Shown: positions 55,522-64,000 of the stretch, piece after piece
Position numbering within the stretch: the stretch's first letter is position 1
Layout: each line of letters begins with the position of its first letter
DNA from: an uncultured Spirochaetota bacterium
Lineage (GTDB): Bacteria > Spirochaetota > Brevinematia > Brevinematales > JAOACQ01
Length of the DNA: 64,000 bases
Reading direction: 5' to 3'
Assembly (NCBI GenBank): GCA_963783575.1
Contig: CAWAOD010000010.1
Span: 32,001-96,000, forward strand
Notes under the pieces: model-generated
What the model saw: only the letters and a program-made list of their open reading frames with translations
What the model was told of the DNA's origin: nothing
Databases searched by the model: none
Translations under genes and position numbers: made by a program

Positions 55522-56040
55522 ATGATAAATAAGATCTTGATATGCTTATTTATTATTTTCAATTGTTTTACTTATATTTATTCCGATACTAACCAACGGC
55601 CATTCAGTGTTGTAAAAATTGATTTAATATTTCCAGCATCATCTATGTTTTTAATTTTAAAGAACTCAGTAAGTCAAGACAGAACAGATTTTTCTATAAT
55701 AGTTCCAATAGAATACCAATGGGCATTTACCAGATACACTACAATAAATTTTAATATTTGGAATTTTTATTATCATAATTATCAAAGTAACAATATGGAT
55801 TTATATGATCCTACACCTGGAAGCGGTATTAGCTTATTTCCTTTTGGCAAAGCACCAGATGGTTTGTATATTGGAGCTGATTTTTTATGCCCTCATAATC
55901 TTAATATTTATTATAGGTTAAATATTGGTTACCAATTTATTTTTAATAATTTTGTTTTGGATATTGGCGGTAGTTGGTATATATTTAAAGATTTTAATAA
56001 TGCCACAATCTTAAATATATTTACTGGATTTGCTTTTTAA
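55522..56040 (+). CDS. Secreted, probable small outer-membrane beta-barrel protein
   Basis: Signal peptide; alternating aromatic strands; C-terminal F. Confidence 0.6.
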   Translation: MINKILICLFIIFNCFTYIYSDTNQRPFSVVKIDLIFPASSMFLILKNSVSQDRTDFSIIVPIEYQWAFTRYTTINFNIWNFYYHNYQSNNMDLYDPTPGSGISLFPFGKAPDGLYIGADFLCPHNLNIYYRLNIGYQFIFNNFVLDIGGSWYIFKDFNNATILNIFTGFAF

Positions 56041-56115
56041 AATTTACAATTACAGTATAATATAATATTTCCCTTAATTCATAAAATTTAATATTATTTA
56101 ACAAGGAGGAAATCT

Positions 56116-57037
56116 ATGGAAAAGAAAACAGTCCTTGTTGTAGGTGGCACAGGCACCCTGGGTTTGAAAATTGTTAAAGCCCTCATTGACCAGGGGGCTA
56201 ATGTAAGGGCTCTGGTCAGGTCCGGCAGTAACCGCGCTAATCTTGAATCTTTGGGTGTCAATGATTTTGTCGCAGGCGACATGATGGATCCGGAATCTCT
56301 GAAGGCCGCATTCGCTTATGGTCCAAAAGCCGATGCAATAGTTGCAAGTGCCGCAGGTTATACCGGGCATACAAAAGGGGATTCTTCCAAAACAGATACA
56401 ATAGGTTACAGAAACCTTGTTGACGCCGCAAAGGAAGCAGGGATTCAAAGGTTTGTTCTCTTATCAATTCTGGAATGTGATATAGCAAAATCTGTCCCGC
56501 ATTTTCACAATAAATATCTCATTGAAGAATATTTAAAGGAGAAAAAACAACCTTACATTGCCCTGCGTGCCGGAGCATTTCTCGACCAGCCGAGGGACTT
56601 TGTGCTGCCGGAGTTAAATAAAGGGTTTTATCCTGCATTTTTTCCCGGAGTATCACTGGGGATGATTTACACTCCGGACCTTGCTCGTTACATGGCTATT
56701 GCCGCATTAAACCTTCCGGATAGCGCCCTATGGAGCTCGGTAGATGTCGGCTGGGAAACTTCAGCCAACGGAATAACACTTGGCCCATGCATTTTCACGA
56801 ATCCTGAATAAACCGATAATAACAAAGCCTGCTTTTCCCCCTTTTTTAACTAATTTTATAATGCCCTTCTTTGGATTATTTGTTCCGGGATTTAGGGATA
56901 TGACAGCCATGATTCGGTGGATTAAAAAAGGTGACTATGTGAGTAAGAATCCCCGGAAACAAAAAGAACTTTTCGGAGATCTTCCCTCTGTTGAAGAAGC
57001 AGTTTTGAGGTACTGCAGGGATCGGGGATTGTTTTAA
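56116..57037 (+). pseudogene. NmrA/SDR NAD(P)-binding protein, frameshifted near 56780
   Basis: VGGTGTLG; continues in ORF 56780-57037. Confidence 0.75.
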
Positions 57038-57163
57038 GCAAATTAATTCATTTTAAATTACGTAGTCAATGTGCCGGACAGCTATACGGTTACTTGAATG
57101 AGAGGCCCATGAAATTCACATTTTTAAGCTGAATAGAATAGATTATTAAAGTGAGGTAATACT

Positions 57164-57613
57164 ATGACAAAAGAAATATTCCTTCTTTTAAATCTGGTAC
57201 TTGCATTTTATAATATCGGTACTATTTGGGCAATGGAAATTGATATTTTCCGGAATTGGAAAGTCCTTGACCCAAAGAATTTTCATTCAATACAGGATGT
57301 TCATTGGAAAAAACTTCCCTTTTGGATCTTTATTCCTATTGCACTTGCATTAATTGGCTCAATAGTATTATTTTGGTACCATCCTGACAAAATTCCCAAT
57401 TGGGAAATTTTTTTCCCGTTCGGATTTCAATTTATCTCACATATTCTTACTGCAATTTTTTGGGGGCAATGGCAGTATAAACTTTCAAAAGATGATTCTG
57501 GAGGTAAAAGCCAATATCTTATTAAAATATTGAAGACACATTGGATTAGAACGGCACTATGGAATGTTTGCGGTCTGATGCTTCTTTATATGACTATACA
57601 AACTTTATCATAA
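57164..57613 (+). CDS. Hypothetical membrane protein
   Basis: Four TM segments; THWIRT. Confidence 0.7.
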   Translation: MTKEIFLLLNLVLAFYNIGTIWAMEIDIFRNWKVLDPKNFHSIQDVHWKKLPFWIFIPIALALIGSIVLFWYHPDKIPNWEIFFPFGFQFISHILTAIFWGQWQYKLSKDDSGGKSQYLIKILKTHWIRTALWNVCGLMLLYMTIQTLS

Positions 57614-57755
57614 AACTTTATATAAAATAATGACATTAAACATACCCGGCTTACAATGAATATAGTTTCTAAATATTCAAGAAAATTTTATTATTATTTT
57701 AATAGTTGTTCAGTGTAATCTATAATATAATAATCGACTAAAGGAGGAATTTATC

Positions 57756-58151
57756 ATGAGTATAGCAGAAAATAAAAAAGCGGTATTTCGATGTATTGAA
57801 TTATTCAATAAGTGCACTCTAGAATGGGTTGATACATGCTATTCAAAAGAATTAGTTTGGAATGAACTCCCAACACGAAGTTTTCCGAAGGGCAGAACAG
57901 GTGGATTTGAGTCATTTCGAAATACTGCCGATCAAGTATTGAGAATATTTCCAGATCGAACTTTAATTGTAAATAGATGTGTAGCTGAAGAGGACTATGT
58001 TGTATTTGAACAAGAATGGAAAGGAACGATAGCAATTTTAACTGGAAATTATAAGATCGGTGAGAAAATTAATATGAAAATAGTTTCGTTCTTTAAACTT
58101 AGAAATGGTTTGATTGTTGAACAAACTGATTTTCCTATATCAATAATATAA
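57756..58151 (+). CDS. NTF2/SnoaL-like protein
   Basis: ENKKAV; FPD; VAEED.VV; FFKLRNGLIVE. Confidence 0.8.
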   Translation: MSIAENKKAVFRCIELFNKCTLEWVDTCYSKELVWNELPTRSFPKGRTGGFESFRNTADQVLRIFPDRTLIVNRCVAEEDYVVFEQEWKGTIAILTGNYKIGEKINMKIVSFFKLRNGLIVEQTDFPISII

Positions 58152-58221
58152 TCAAGTTGTACCGTTTTATATTTACTGTAAAACAAAAAATCGACGCAAT
58201 TCAAGTGCCATTGCTTCCGGG

Positions 58222-59094
58222 TTAAAGGCAGGATTTCACAGCGAAATAAGCCTCTATTCCCTTAACGATTTCCATTGTTATATCCGGTTCAACAAAGTTC
58301 ATAGTTCCGATACTTACAAATTTTGCCCCTGCTATAATAAATTCAATAGCGTCTTCTGCGCTTGAAATCCCTCCTGATGCAATAACAGGTATTTTAACCG
58401 CCTGGGAAATGCGGTATGTATTGTAAAGGGCAACCGGCTTAACTGCGGGACCGGAATATCCCGCGGTTTTATTCTTAAAAACAAATTTTCCGGTTTTTAT
58501 GTTAATTGCCATACCTATAAAAGTGTTTGAAATTGTAACAGCATGGCTACCCATGTCTTCGGCGAGTTTTGCATTTCCTGTAATGTCCTGTGAAGGGCTT
58601 AATTTAACTGAAAACGGCTTTTTACTTACCCTGGAAACACCCTTGATTACTTTACTGATTACATCCTGGTTTGAATCGAAAGTGGCGCCGCATTCATGGA
58701 TATTAGGACAGCTCAAATTAAGTTCAAACATAGAAATGCCCTCAATTTCAGAAAAAGCTTCCGCCATATTTGTAAAATCTTCAGGATAGTCACCTGCTAT
58801 GCTGAAAATTACCCTTGTGTCATATTTTTTCAAATGGTCCGATTTTTTAAGCGAGGTAAATATTTTTTCAAAACCCTCGTTTTCCAATCCAATTGAATTA
58901 AGAAGCCCGGCAGGCGTTTCAAGAATCCTGGGAGGAGGATTTCCCTTTCTGGGAGAACGTGTGACAGTTTTCAGGGTTATCCCCCCAAGTTTTGAATAAT
59001 CGATAAAATCTTCAAACAAATCCCCCATCCCGAAAGTTCCCGATGCTGTAATGACAGGGTTTCTAAAAGAAACACCCCCAATATTTAACTGCAA
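58222..59094 (-). CDS. pyrD: Dihydroorotate dehydrogenase (family 1B catalytic subunit)
   Basis: TASGTFG, NSIGLEN, ELNLSCPN, GYSGPAVKP. Confidence 0.95.
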   Translation of the reverse strand: MQLNIGGVSFRNPVITASGTFGMGDLFEDFIDYSKLGGITLKTVTRSPRKGNPPPRILETPAGLLNSIGLENEGFEKIFTSLKKSDHLKKYDTRVIFSIAGDYPEDFTNMAEAFSEIEGISMFELNLSCPNIHECGATFDSNQDVISKVIKGVSRVSKKPFSVKLSPSQDITGNAKLAEDMGSHAVTISNTFIGMAINIKTGKFVFKNKTAGYSGPAVKPVALYNTYRISQAVKIPVIASGGISSAEDAIEFIIAGAKFVSIGTMNFVEPDITMEIVKGIEAYFAVKSCL

Positions 59095-59111
59095 TCCCGG
59101 CTCCTTTTTTC

Positions 59112-59582
59112 CTATCTATCAGTCATCATTGCTGTCATCTCGGCCTCTGCTGCGGCCTCTCCGTCAACCCTTGCGGTTCCGGCAAATTTTGCCACTTTGG
59201 AACTTAGCTTGATGATCTTTATTTCATAATCAAGCCTGTCGCCCGGTAAAACCTGTCTTCTGAACTTGGCTTTATCGATCATCATAAAAAGAATGATTTT
59301 TCCCTTAGTCGCATCATAATCAATGCCGCCTTTCATTTCAAGTACTTTTAGAGCGATAAATCCTGAACATTGCGCCATACCTTCAATGATTAAAACTCCA
59401 GGCATGATCGGTTTTCCGGGAAAATGCCCCTGAAAGAACTCTTCATTCATAGTTATGTTTTTATAACCTTTCCCGCCTTCCTCGGTTACTTCAGTGACCC
59501 TATCGATCAGTAAAAAAGGGTACCTGTGCGGCAGCGCATTCATGATATCGTGAATATCATAAATTTTAGATTCACCAGCCAT
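59112..59582 (-). CDS. fabZ: 3-hydroxyacyl-ACP dehydratase
   Basis: LPHRYPFLLIDR; FQGHFP..PIMPGVLIIE. Confidence 0.97.
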   Translation of the reverse strand: MAGESKIYDIHDIMNALPHRYPFLLIDRVTEVTEEGGKGYKNITMNEEFFQGHFPGKPIMPGVLIIEGMAQCSGFIALKVLEMKGGIDYDATKGKIILFMMIDKAKFRRQVLPGDRLDYEIKIIKLSSKVAKFAGTARVDGEAAAEAEMTAMMTDR

Positions 59583-59838
59583 ATTACTTCACCTCCATAG
59601 ATAAAAAAACCAATTAAATATTATATGGATATAAATAAAAAATTGTAAAATTTATAATAACTGATTTCAACAGCCTTCAGGCAGCCTTTGATAAAATTGG
59701 TAATAGGATAAAAGAATTTTCAACCGGCGTCAACTATTTCCTGCTTTAATTTCCAGCAGGAAAGACAATTATTTGAAATAAAACATTTTTATCTATATAA
59801 TTTTAATCAATAATATAAATAATTTATTGGAGGGAATT

Positions 59839-61602
59839 ATGTATCTTTTAAGAGGAATTCCCATATCGCGCGGCATAGCGGTAGGCAGTATTTTAATAAG
59901 ATATGACGTAACAAAAATGATAAGGTACTACAGGATAGAAGAAAACCAGAAGGAAAATGAAATTAATAAATATCTCAAGGCGATTAATGATGTAAAAAAT
60001 GAAATAGAGATACTCAAGAATAATTCACATAATCCCCTTAGCGCCGAACATGAAAAAATCGTGAACTATCTTAACATGCTTTTAAATGAGGATTTTTTTG
60101 TAAAAAACGTAATTAACCGTATTAACAGCGATTTTTATCCGGCTGATGTCGCACTGGTTTATGAACTGGATATCATAAAAAAGCAGTTCGATAAACTGGA
60201 AGGCGATTATTTTCAAAGCCGATTTCTTGATTTTAAAGCAATTGCCGACAGGATCATAAGAAAAATTTACGGCGACATCGACCTTTCATCGGTAAATGAA
60301 CCGGTTGTTATCGTATCTGAGGAAGTTTCTCCCGCCGAAGTTCTTCATATCCCGAAAGACTTTGTTCTCGGTATAGCGACCGAATCGGGGAGCACAACAT
60401 CCCATGCCGCTATCATCGTGGAATCACTGGAAATCCCGGCCGTATTCGGCCTCAAAGACCTGTTCAATTACATCAAAAAAGACGACAAGGTAATTGTAGA
60501 CGGGTATAAAGGAATTGTCATAGTAAACCCCGATGAAAGTACGGTTAACGATTATATCCATCTGCAGAAAAACTATAATCTCAGGGAACAGGAGATTTTC
60601 AGTGTTGTCGGACTTCCTTCCAAAACCGAAGACGATGTTGACATAAAAATCTATGCGAATGTTTCCAACTCTATGGAACTCAATATTGCCCGGCGCCATG
60701 GTGCTGAGGGAATCGGATTGCTCAGGACCGAACTGATTTTTATTGCCAATGAGAAATTTTTAAACGAAAATGAACAATTCGAGGTATATAAAGAATATCT
60801 GCTTCTCTTCCAGGATAAGGAAGTTGTAATCAGAACACTGGATATGGGTGGAGATAAATTCATAACGGGAAACAAGACAAGTTCCGATCCCAATCCTTTC
60901 CTGGGATGGCGTTCCATACGGGTGCTTTTGAAGGAAATAGAGAAATTCAAGCAGCAGCTTCGCGCTATAATAAGAGCAAGCGTATTCAATGATAATGTTA
61001 AGATTATGATCCCAATGATATCAAGCATTGATGAAGTAAGAAGGGTCAAAGAGATTTATGAGGAATGCAAGCTGGAAATCAAGAAGGAAGGCAAGCCTTT
61101 TAAATACAACATACCGATAGGAATTATGGTAGAAATACCTTCAGCTGCTATAATGTCAAACCAGCTCGCTAAAGAAGTAAATTTTTTCAGCCTGGGAACA
61201 AATGACCTTGTACAGTATACACTTGCCGTCGACAGGAACAACCAGGCAGTCGCCGAATTTTATCAGCCTCTGAATCCCGCAGTGCTTTCACTTATAAAAT
61301 ATACCGTTCGAAACGCCAGCAGCAACCATATCCCTGTTTCGGTATGCGGTGAAATTGCAAGAAACCCCCTTTATATCAGGCTTCTGCTTGGATTGGGTTT
61401 AAGGAATTTCAGCGTCAATCCGACATATATTCCTCTTGTAAAATCAATCCTTGTAAAATCTAAGACTTCGGATACAAAAGAAATTTGGAAGACCGTTAGG
61501 ACAAAAACCAGCGCTTCGGAAATTGAGGAAATCTTGAAAATCGATTTAAAAAAGAATTTCCCCGATATTTACGAATCTTATTTCTATGAAGATAAATTTT
61601 GA
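59839..61602 (+). CDS. ptsI: Phosphoenolpyruvate-protein phosphotransferase (PTS enzyme I)
   Basis: TSHAAI, GIGLLRTE, RTLDMGGDK, GTNDLVQY. Confidence 0.95.
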   Translation: MYLLRGIPISRGIAVGSILIRYDVTKMIRYYRIEENQKENEINKYLKAINDVKNEIEILKNNSHNPLSAEHEKIVNYLNMLLNEDFFVKNVINRINSDFYPADVALVYELDIIKKQFDKLEGDYFQSRFLDFKAIADRIIRKIYGDIDLSSVNEPVVIVSEEVSPAEVLHIPKDFVLGIATESGSTTSHAAIIVESLEIPAVFGLKDLFNYIKKDDKVIVDGYKGIVIVNPDESTVNDYIHLQKNYNLREQEIFSVVGLPSKTEDDVDIKIYANVSNSMELNIARRHGAEGIGLLRTELIFIANEKFLNENEQFEVYKEYLLLFQDKEVVIRTLDMGGDKFITGNKTSSDPNPFLGWRSIRVLLKEIEKFKQQLRAIIRASVFNDNVKIMIPMISSIDEVRRVKEIYEECKLEIKKEGKPFKYNIPIGIMVEIPSAAIMSNQLAKEVNFFSLGTNDLVQYTLAVDRNNQAVAEFYQPLNPAVLSLIKYTVRNASSNHIPVSVCGEIARNPLYIRLLLGLGLRNFSVNPTYIPLVKSILVKSKTSDTKEIWKTVRTKTSASEIEEILKIDLKKNFPDIYESYFYEDKF

Positions 61603-61633
61603 GTCTTAAGTAATTATATTAAAGGATAGAATT

Positions 61634-62500
61634 ATGCTTACTCCAAAAAAAGAAACCGCGGCTCTTCTTCTTTCATGTCCCGATCAAAAGGGAATTGTGG
61701 CGGAAATATCAAGCTTTATATATCAATATAATGGAAATATCATTCATTCCGACCAGCACACCGACTTTGAAACCAACACTTTTTTTATGCGAATAGAATG
61801 GGAACTTGAGGGTTTTCAAATCCCGTCAAATAAAATCGGCGATGCTTTCAGTTTAATAGCCGGAAAATTTAAAATGGACTGGTCACTCCATTTTTCAACA
61901 ACAATTCCGCGTTTAGCGGTTATGGTTTCACAGCTTGACCACTGTCTTTTTGAAATTATGCTGAAGGTTAAAGCAGGCGAGTTGAAGGCCGAAATTCCGG
62001 TTATAATAAGCAATCATGACTCGCTTAAGCCTGTTGCCGATTATTTTCAAACGGATTTTATTTATCTTCCGGTCAATAAACAAAACAAAGCCGATATTGA
62101 AAATCAGGAAATCGAACTTTTAAAGAAATACAGGATTGATGCAGTTATACTTGCAAGATATATGCAGATCCTTAGCACCGGTTTTATTAACGAATTCTCC
62201 AACCGAATCATAAATATACACCATTCCTTTCTTCCGGCCTTCGTCGGCGCGAAGCCTTACCACCAGGCTTATAATCGCGGAGTAAAGCTGATTGGCGCAA
62301 CCAGTCATTATGTCACCGCCGAGCTTGATAACGGGCCCATTATAGAACAGGATGTAATAAGAATAAGCCACAGGGATTCGCTTGAAGACCTGATCAGGAA
62401 AGGAAAAGAGCTTGAAAAGATCGTACTTACAAGAGCGGTCAAATACCATCTTGAAAACAAAACCCTGATCTTTGGAAATAAGACAGTAATTTTTGATTAG
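61634..62500 (+). CDS. purU: Formyltetrahydrofolate deformylase
   Basis: CPDQKGIV ACT domain; LARYMQ; INIHHSFLP. Confidence 0.97.
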   Translation: MLTPKKETAALLLSCPDQKGIVAEISSFIYQYNGNIIHSDQHTDFETNTFFMRIEWELEGFQIPSNKIGDAFSLIAGKFKMDWSLHFSTTIPRLAVMVSQLDHCLFEIMLKVKAGELKAEIPVIISNHDSLKPVADYFQTDFIYLPVNKQNKADIENQEIELLKKYRIDAVILARYMQILSTGFINEFSNRIINIHHSFLPAFVGAKPYHQAYNRGVKLIGATSHYVTAELDNGPIIEQDVIRISHRDSLEDLIRKGKELEKIVLTRAVKYHLENKTLIFGNKTVIFD

Positions 62501-62788
62501 CATTGGAATCAGGAACAGCATAATGCTGTGCTCAAATAAATTGTAACTATTGTAAAGTATTTAGATCCTTCCGGTTTTTGCATACTTTTTGCAACTTTTA
62601 AGAGAATATTTTCAGTTGCGAGTATGCGTGTTTTTTACTGGAAGGCAGGAAGGAGCCTTGACACGAATGGATTCGGCATAACTCACCACAAGCTGTACTA
62701 CTTAACACGAATAAAACTAAATTAGCGATAATTCGTGTAATAAGTGGCTACTTATCCGCCGTAGTCTCATATATTAAAATATGATTTA

Positions 62789-63895
62789 TTGTATGGTGGG
62801 CAAACGGGAGTAAATGTGAAATTTCTAAATTTGAAAAATGGAAAATGGCTTTATTATTTGTTTATTATAAGTTTTCTAATCACCGCTGATGCTAAACTTT
62901 TCGGATGGAGAAGCTTTTCACGTTATAACCTGGGAGCCGATGCCGACGGAGTCGGAGGGGCTTATGTCGGAGATTCCTCCTCCGAGATAGCTATGAATTA
63001 CAATCCGGCCGGGCTTGTACAGCTTGATAATAACTGGATTGACAGCCGTCTGACAACAAAATCACCTTCGAACCATAACTGTTTCTTAATGTATGAAGTT
63101 TCATCAAGCGTCCGGATTCTTGATATCCTGGCATGGAATGTTTCTTTCAAATTCAATTATTTCCCGTTTTTCGGCATAGCTTACTCTCTCGGCAAAATCA
63201 AGGTCGGAGCATCCGTTTCGACGGTTTTCGATTCAGACGGAATACTAAGCGATCTTTCGGTACGTTCGGTGAAGGCGACATTCGCATATCCATTACTGGA
63301 TAACCTGGCCATAGGATTCGGAATCGGGCCGGTTATCGCAACGGAAAGCAGCGGTAGCGGATATTCCTATGATTATAATATCGGGCTTCTCTGGAAGGCT
63401 TTCGATAAAATCCAGTTCGGAATAAATTATAATTCGCCGATAAACATTACATGGACAAAAACCATAGCCGGAACTTCATTAAAGGAAAACTACCCCTTCA
63501 TCGCCGAGATTGGAATGAGCTATCTTGTTAACGACAGGCTCTTTTTCTATTCCGATTTTGATTATACGGATATTGACAGTATAAAATATATTCTTGACGG
63601 CAATGATTATTCCCCTCATTTCGACAACAATATTTTTTCAAGACTGCATCCCCACCTGGGAATCAGATTCCTTGAGGAAAATACCGGTGCCCATATCAGC
63701 CTTGGCTTTATGTTTAACAGCTCTTATTATGAAAGCGGAAGCGTTAATCAATACCTCATAACCGCAGGTATTCGGGCCTATGGGCAGAATGTTATCTACA
63801 GGGCTTCAATTATAGATTCTCTCCTTTTTGGCCTTTTTTATCCTGACAACATTCCGAACGAGCAAATCAATGTAAGCTTTAGTTTCTTACTTTAA
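62789..63895 (+). CDS. Outer-membrane beta-barrel protein (FadL/PorV-like)
   Basis: Signal peptide; GGAYVG...YNPAGL; start uncertain. Confidence 0.6.
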   Translation: MYGGQTGVNVKFLNLKNGKWLYYLFIISFLITADAKLFGWRSFSRYNLGADADGVGGAYVGDSSSEIAMNYNPAGLVQLDNNWIDSRLTTKSPSNHNCFLMYEVSSSVRILDILAWNVSFKFNYFPFFGIAYSLGKIKVGASVSTVFDSDGILSDLSVRSVKATFAYPLLDNLAIGFGIGPVIATESSGSGYSYDYNIGLLWKAFDKIQFGINYNSPINITWTKTIAGTSLKENYPFIAEIGMSYLVNDRLFFYSDFDYTDIDSIKYILDGNDYSPHFDNNIFSRLHPHLGIRFLEENTGAHISLGFMFNSSYYESGSVNQYLITAGIRAYGQNVIYRASIIDSLLFGLFYPDNIPNEQINVSFSFLL

Positions 63896-64000
63896 TAATC
63901 AAATCATAAAAAATATTTTTTATTTTTGAATCCTTTTTACAAAAATATTCCTTATATAAATTAATACCATTATTATAAACCGGGTTATTTTATTTTATAC

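Noticed and set aside
62660..62750. Weak palindrome ACACGAAT...ATTCGTGT
   Set aside because: Single degenerate copy; too little support for an ncRNA or REP call.

Overview
AT-rich bacterial window, probably a spirochaete (inferred from spirochaetal-type lipoboxes and gene style; not proven). Four parts. (1) 1-23.8 kb, minus strand: a hybrid trans-AT PKS/NRPS cluster that runs off the left edge. It has AT-less KS modules, a Ser-type A domain interrupted by a methyltransferase, an ACP-C-FkbH-ACP protein, a B12 radical SAM, a trans-AT and a PfaD-type trans-ER. Its hydroxymalonyl-type subcluster is partly decayed and a parA gene sits inside it. (2) 24-38.6 kb: IS1380, several pseudogenes, two tandem membrane-LuxR plus beta-helix lipoprotein units, and a PspC-domain gene. 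(3) 38.6-54.3 kb: IS21, then an integron-like array of co-oriented gene cassettes separated by unusually long (about 180-245 bp) structured AAC...GTT repeats. Most cassettes carry their own ~20-bp terminal inverted repeat, and IS1182 elements insert at the conserved AAC. No integrase is in the window. This array is the best candidate for an undescribed system. (4) 54.3-64 kb: accessory oxidoreductases, then housekeeping genes (pyrD, fabZ, ptsI, purU).
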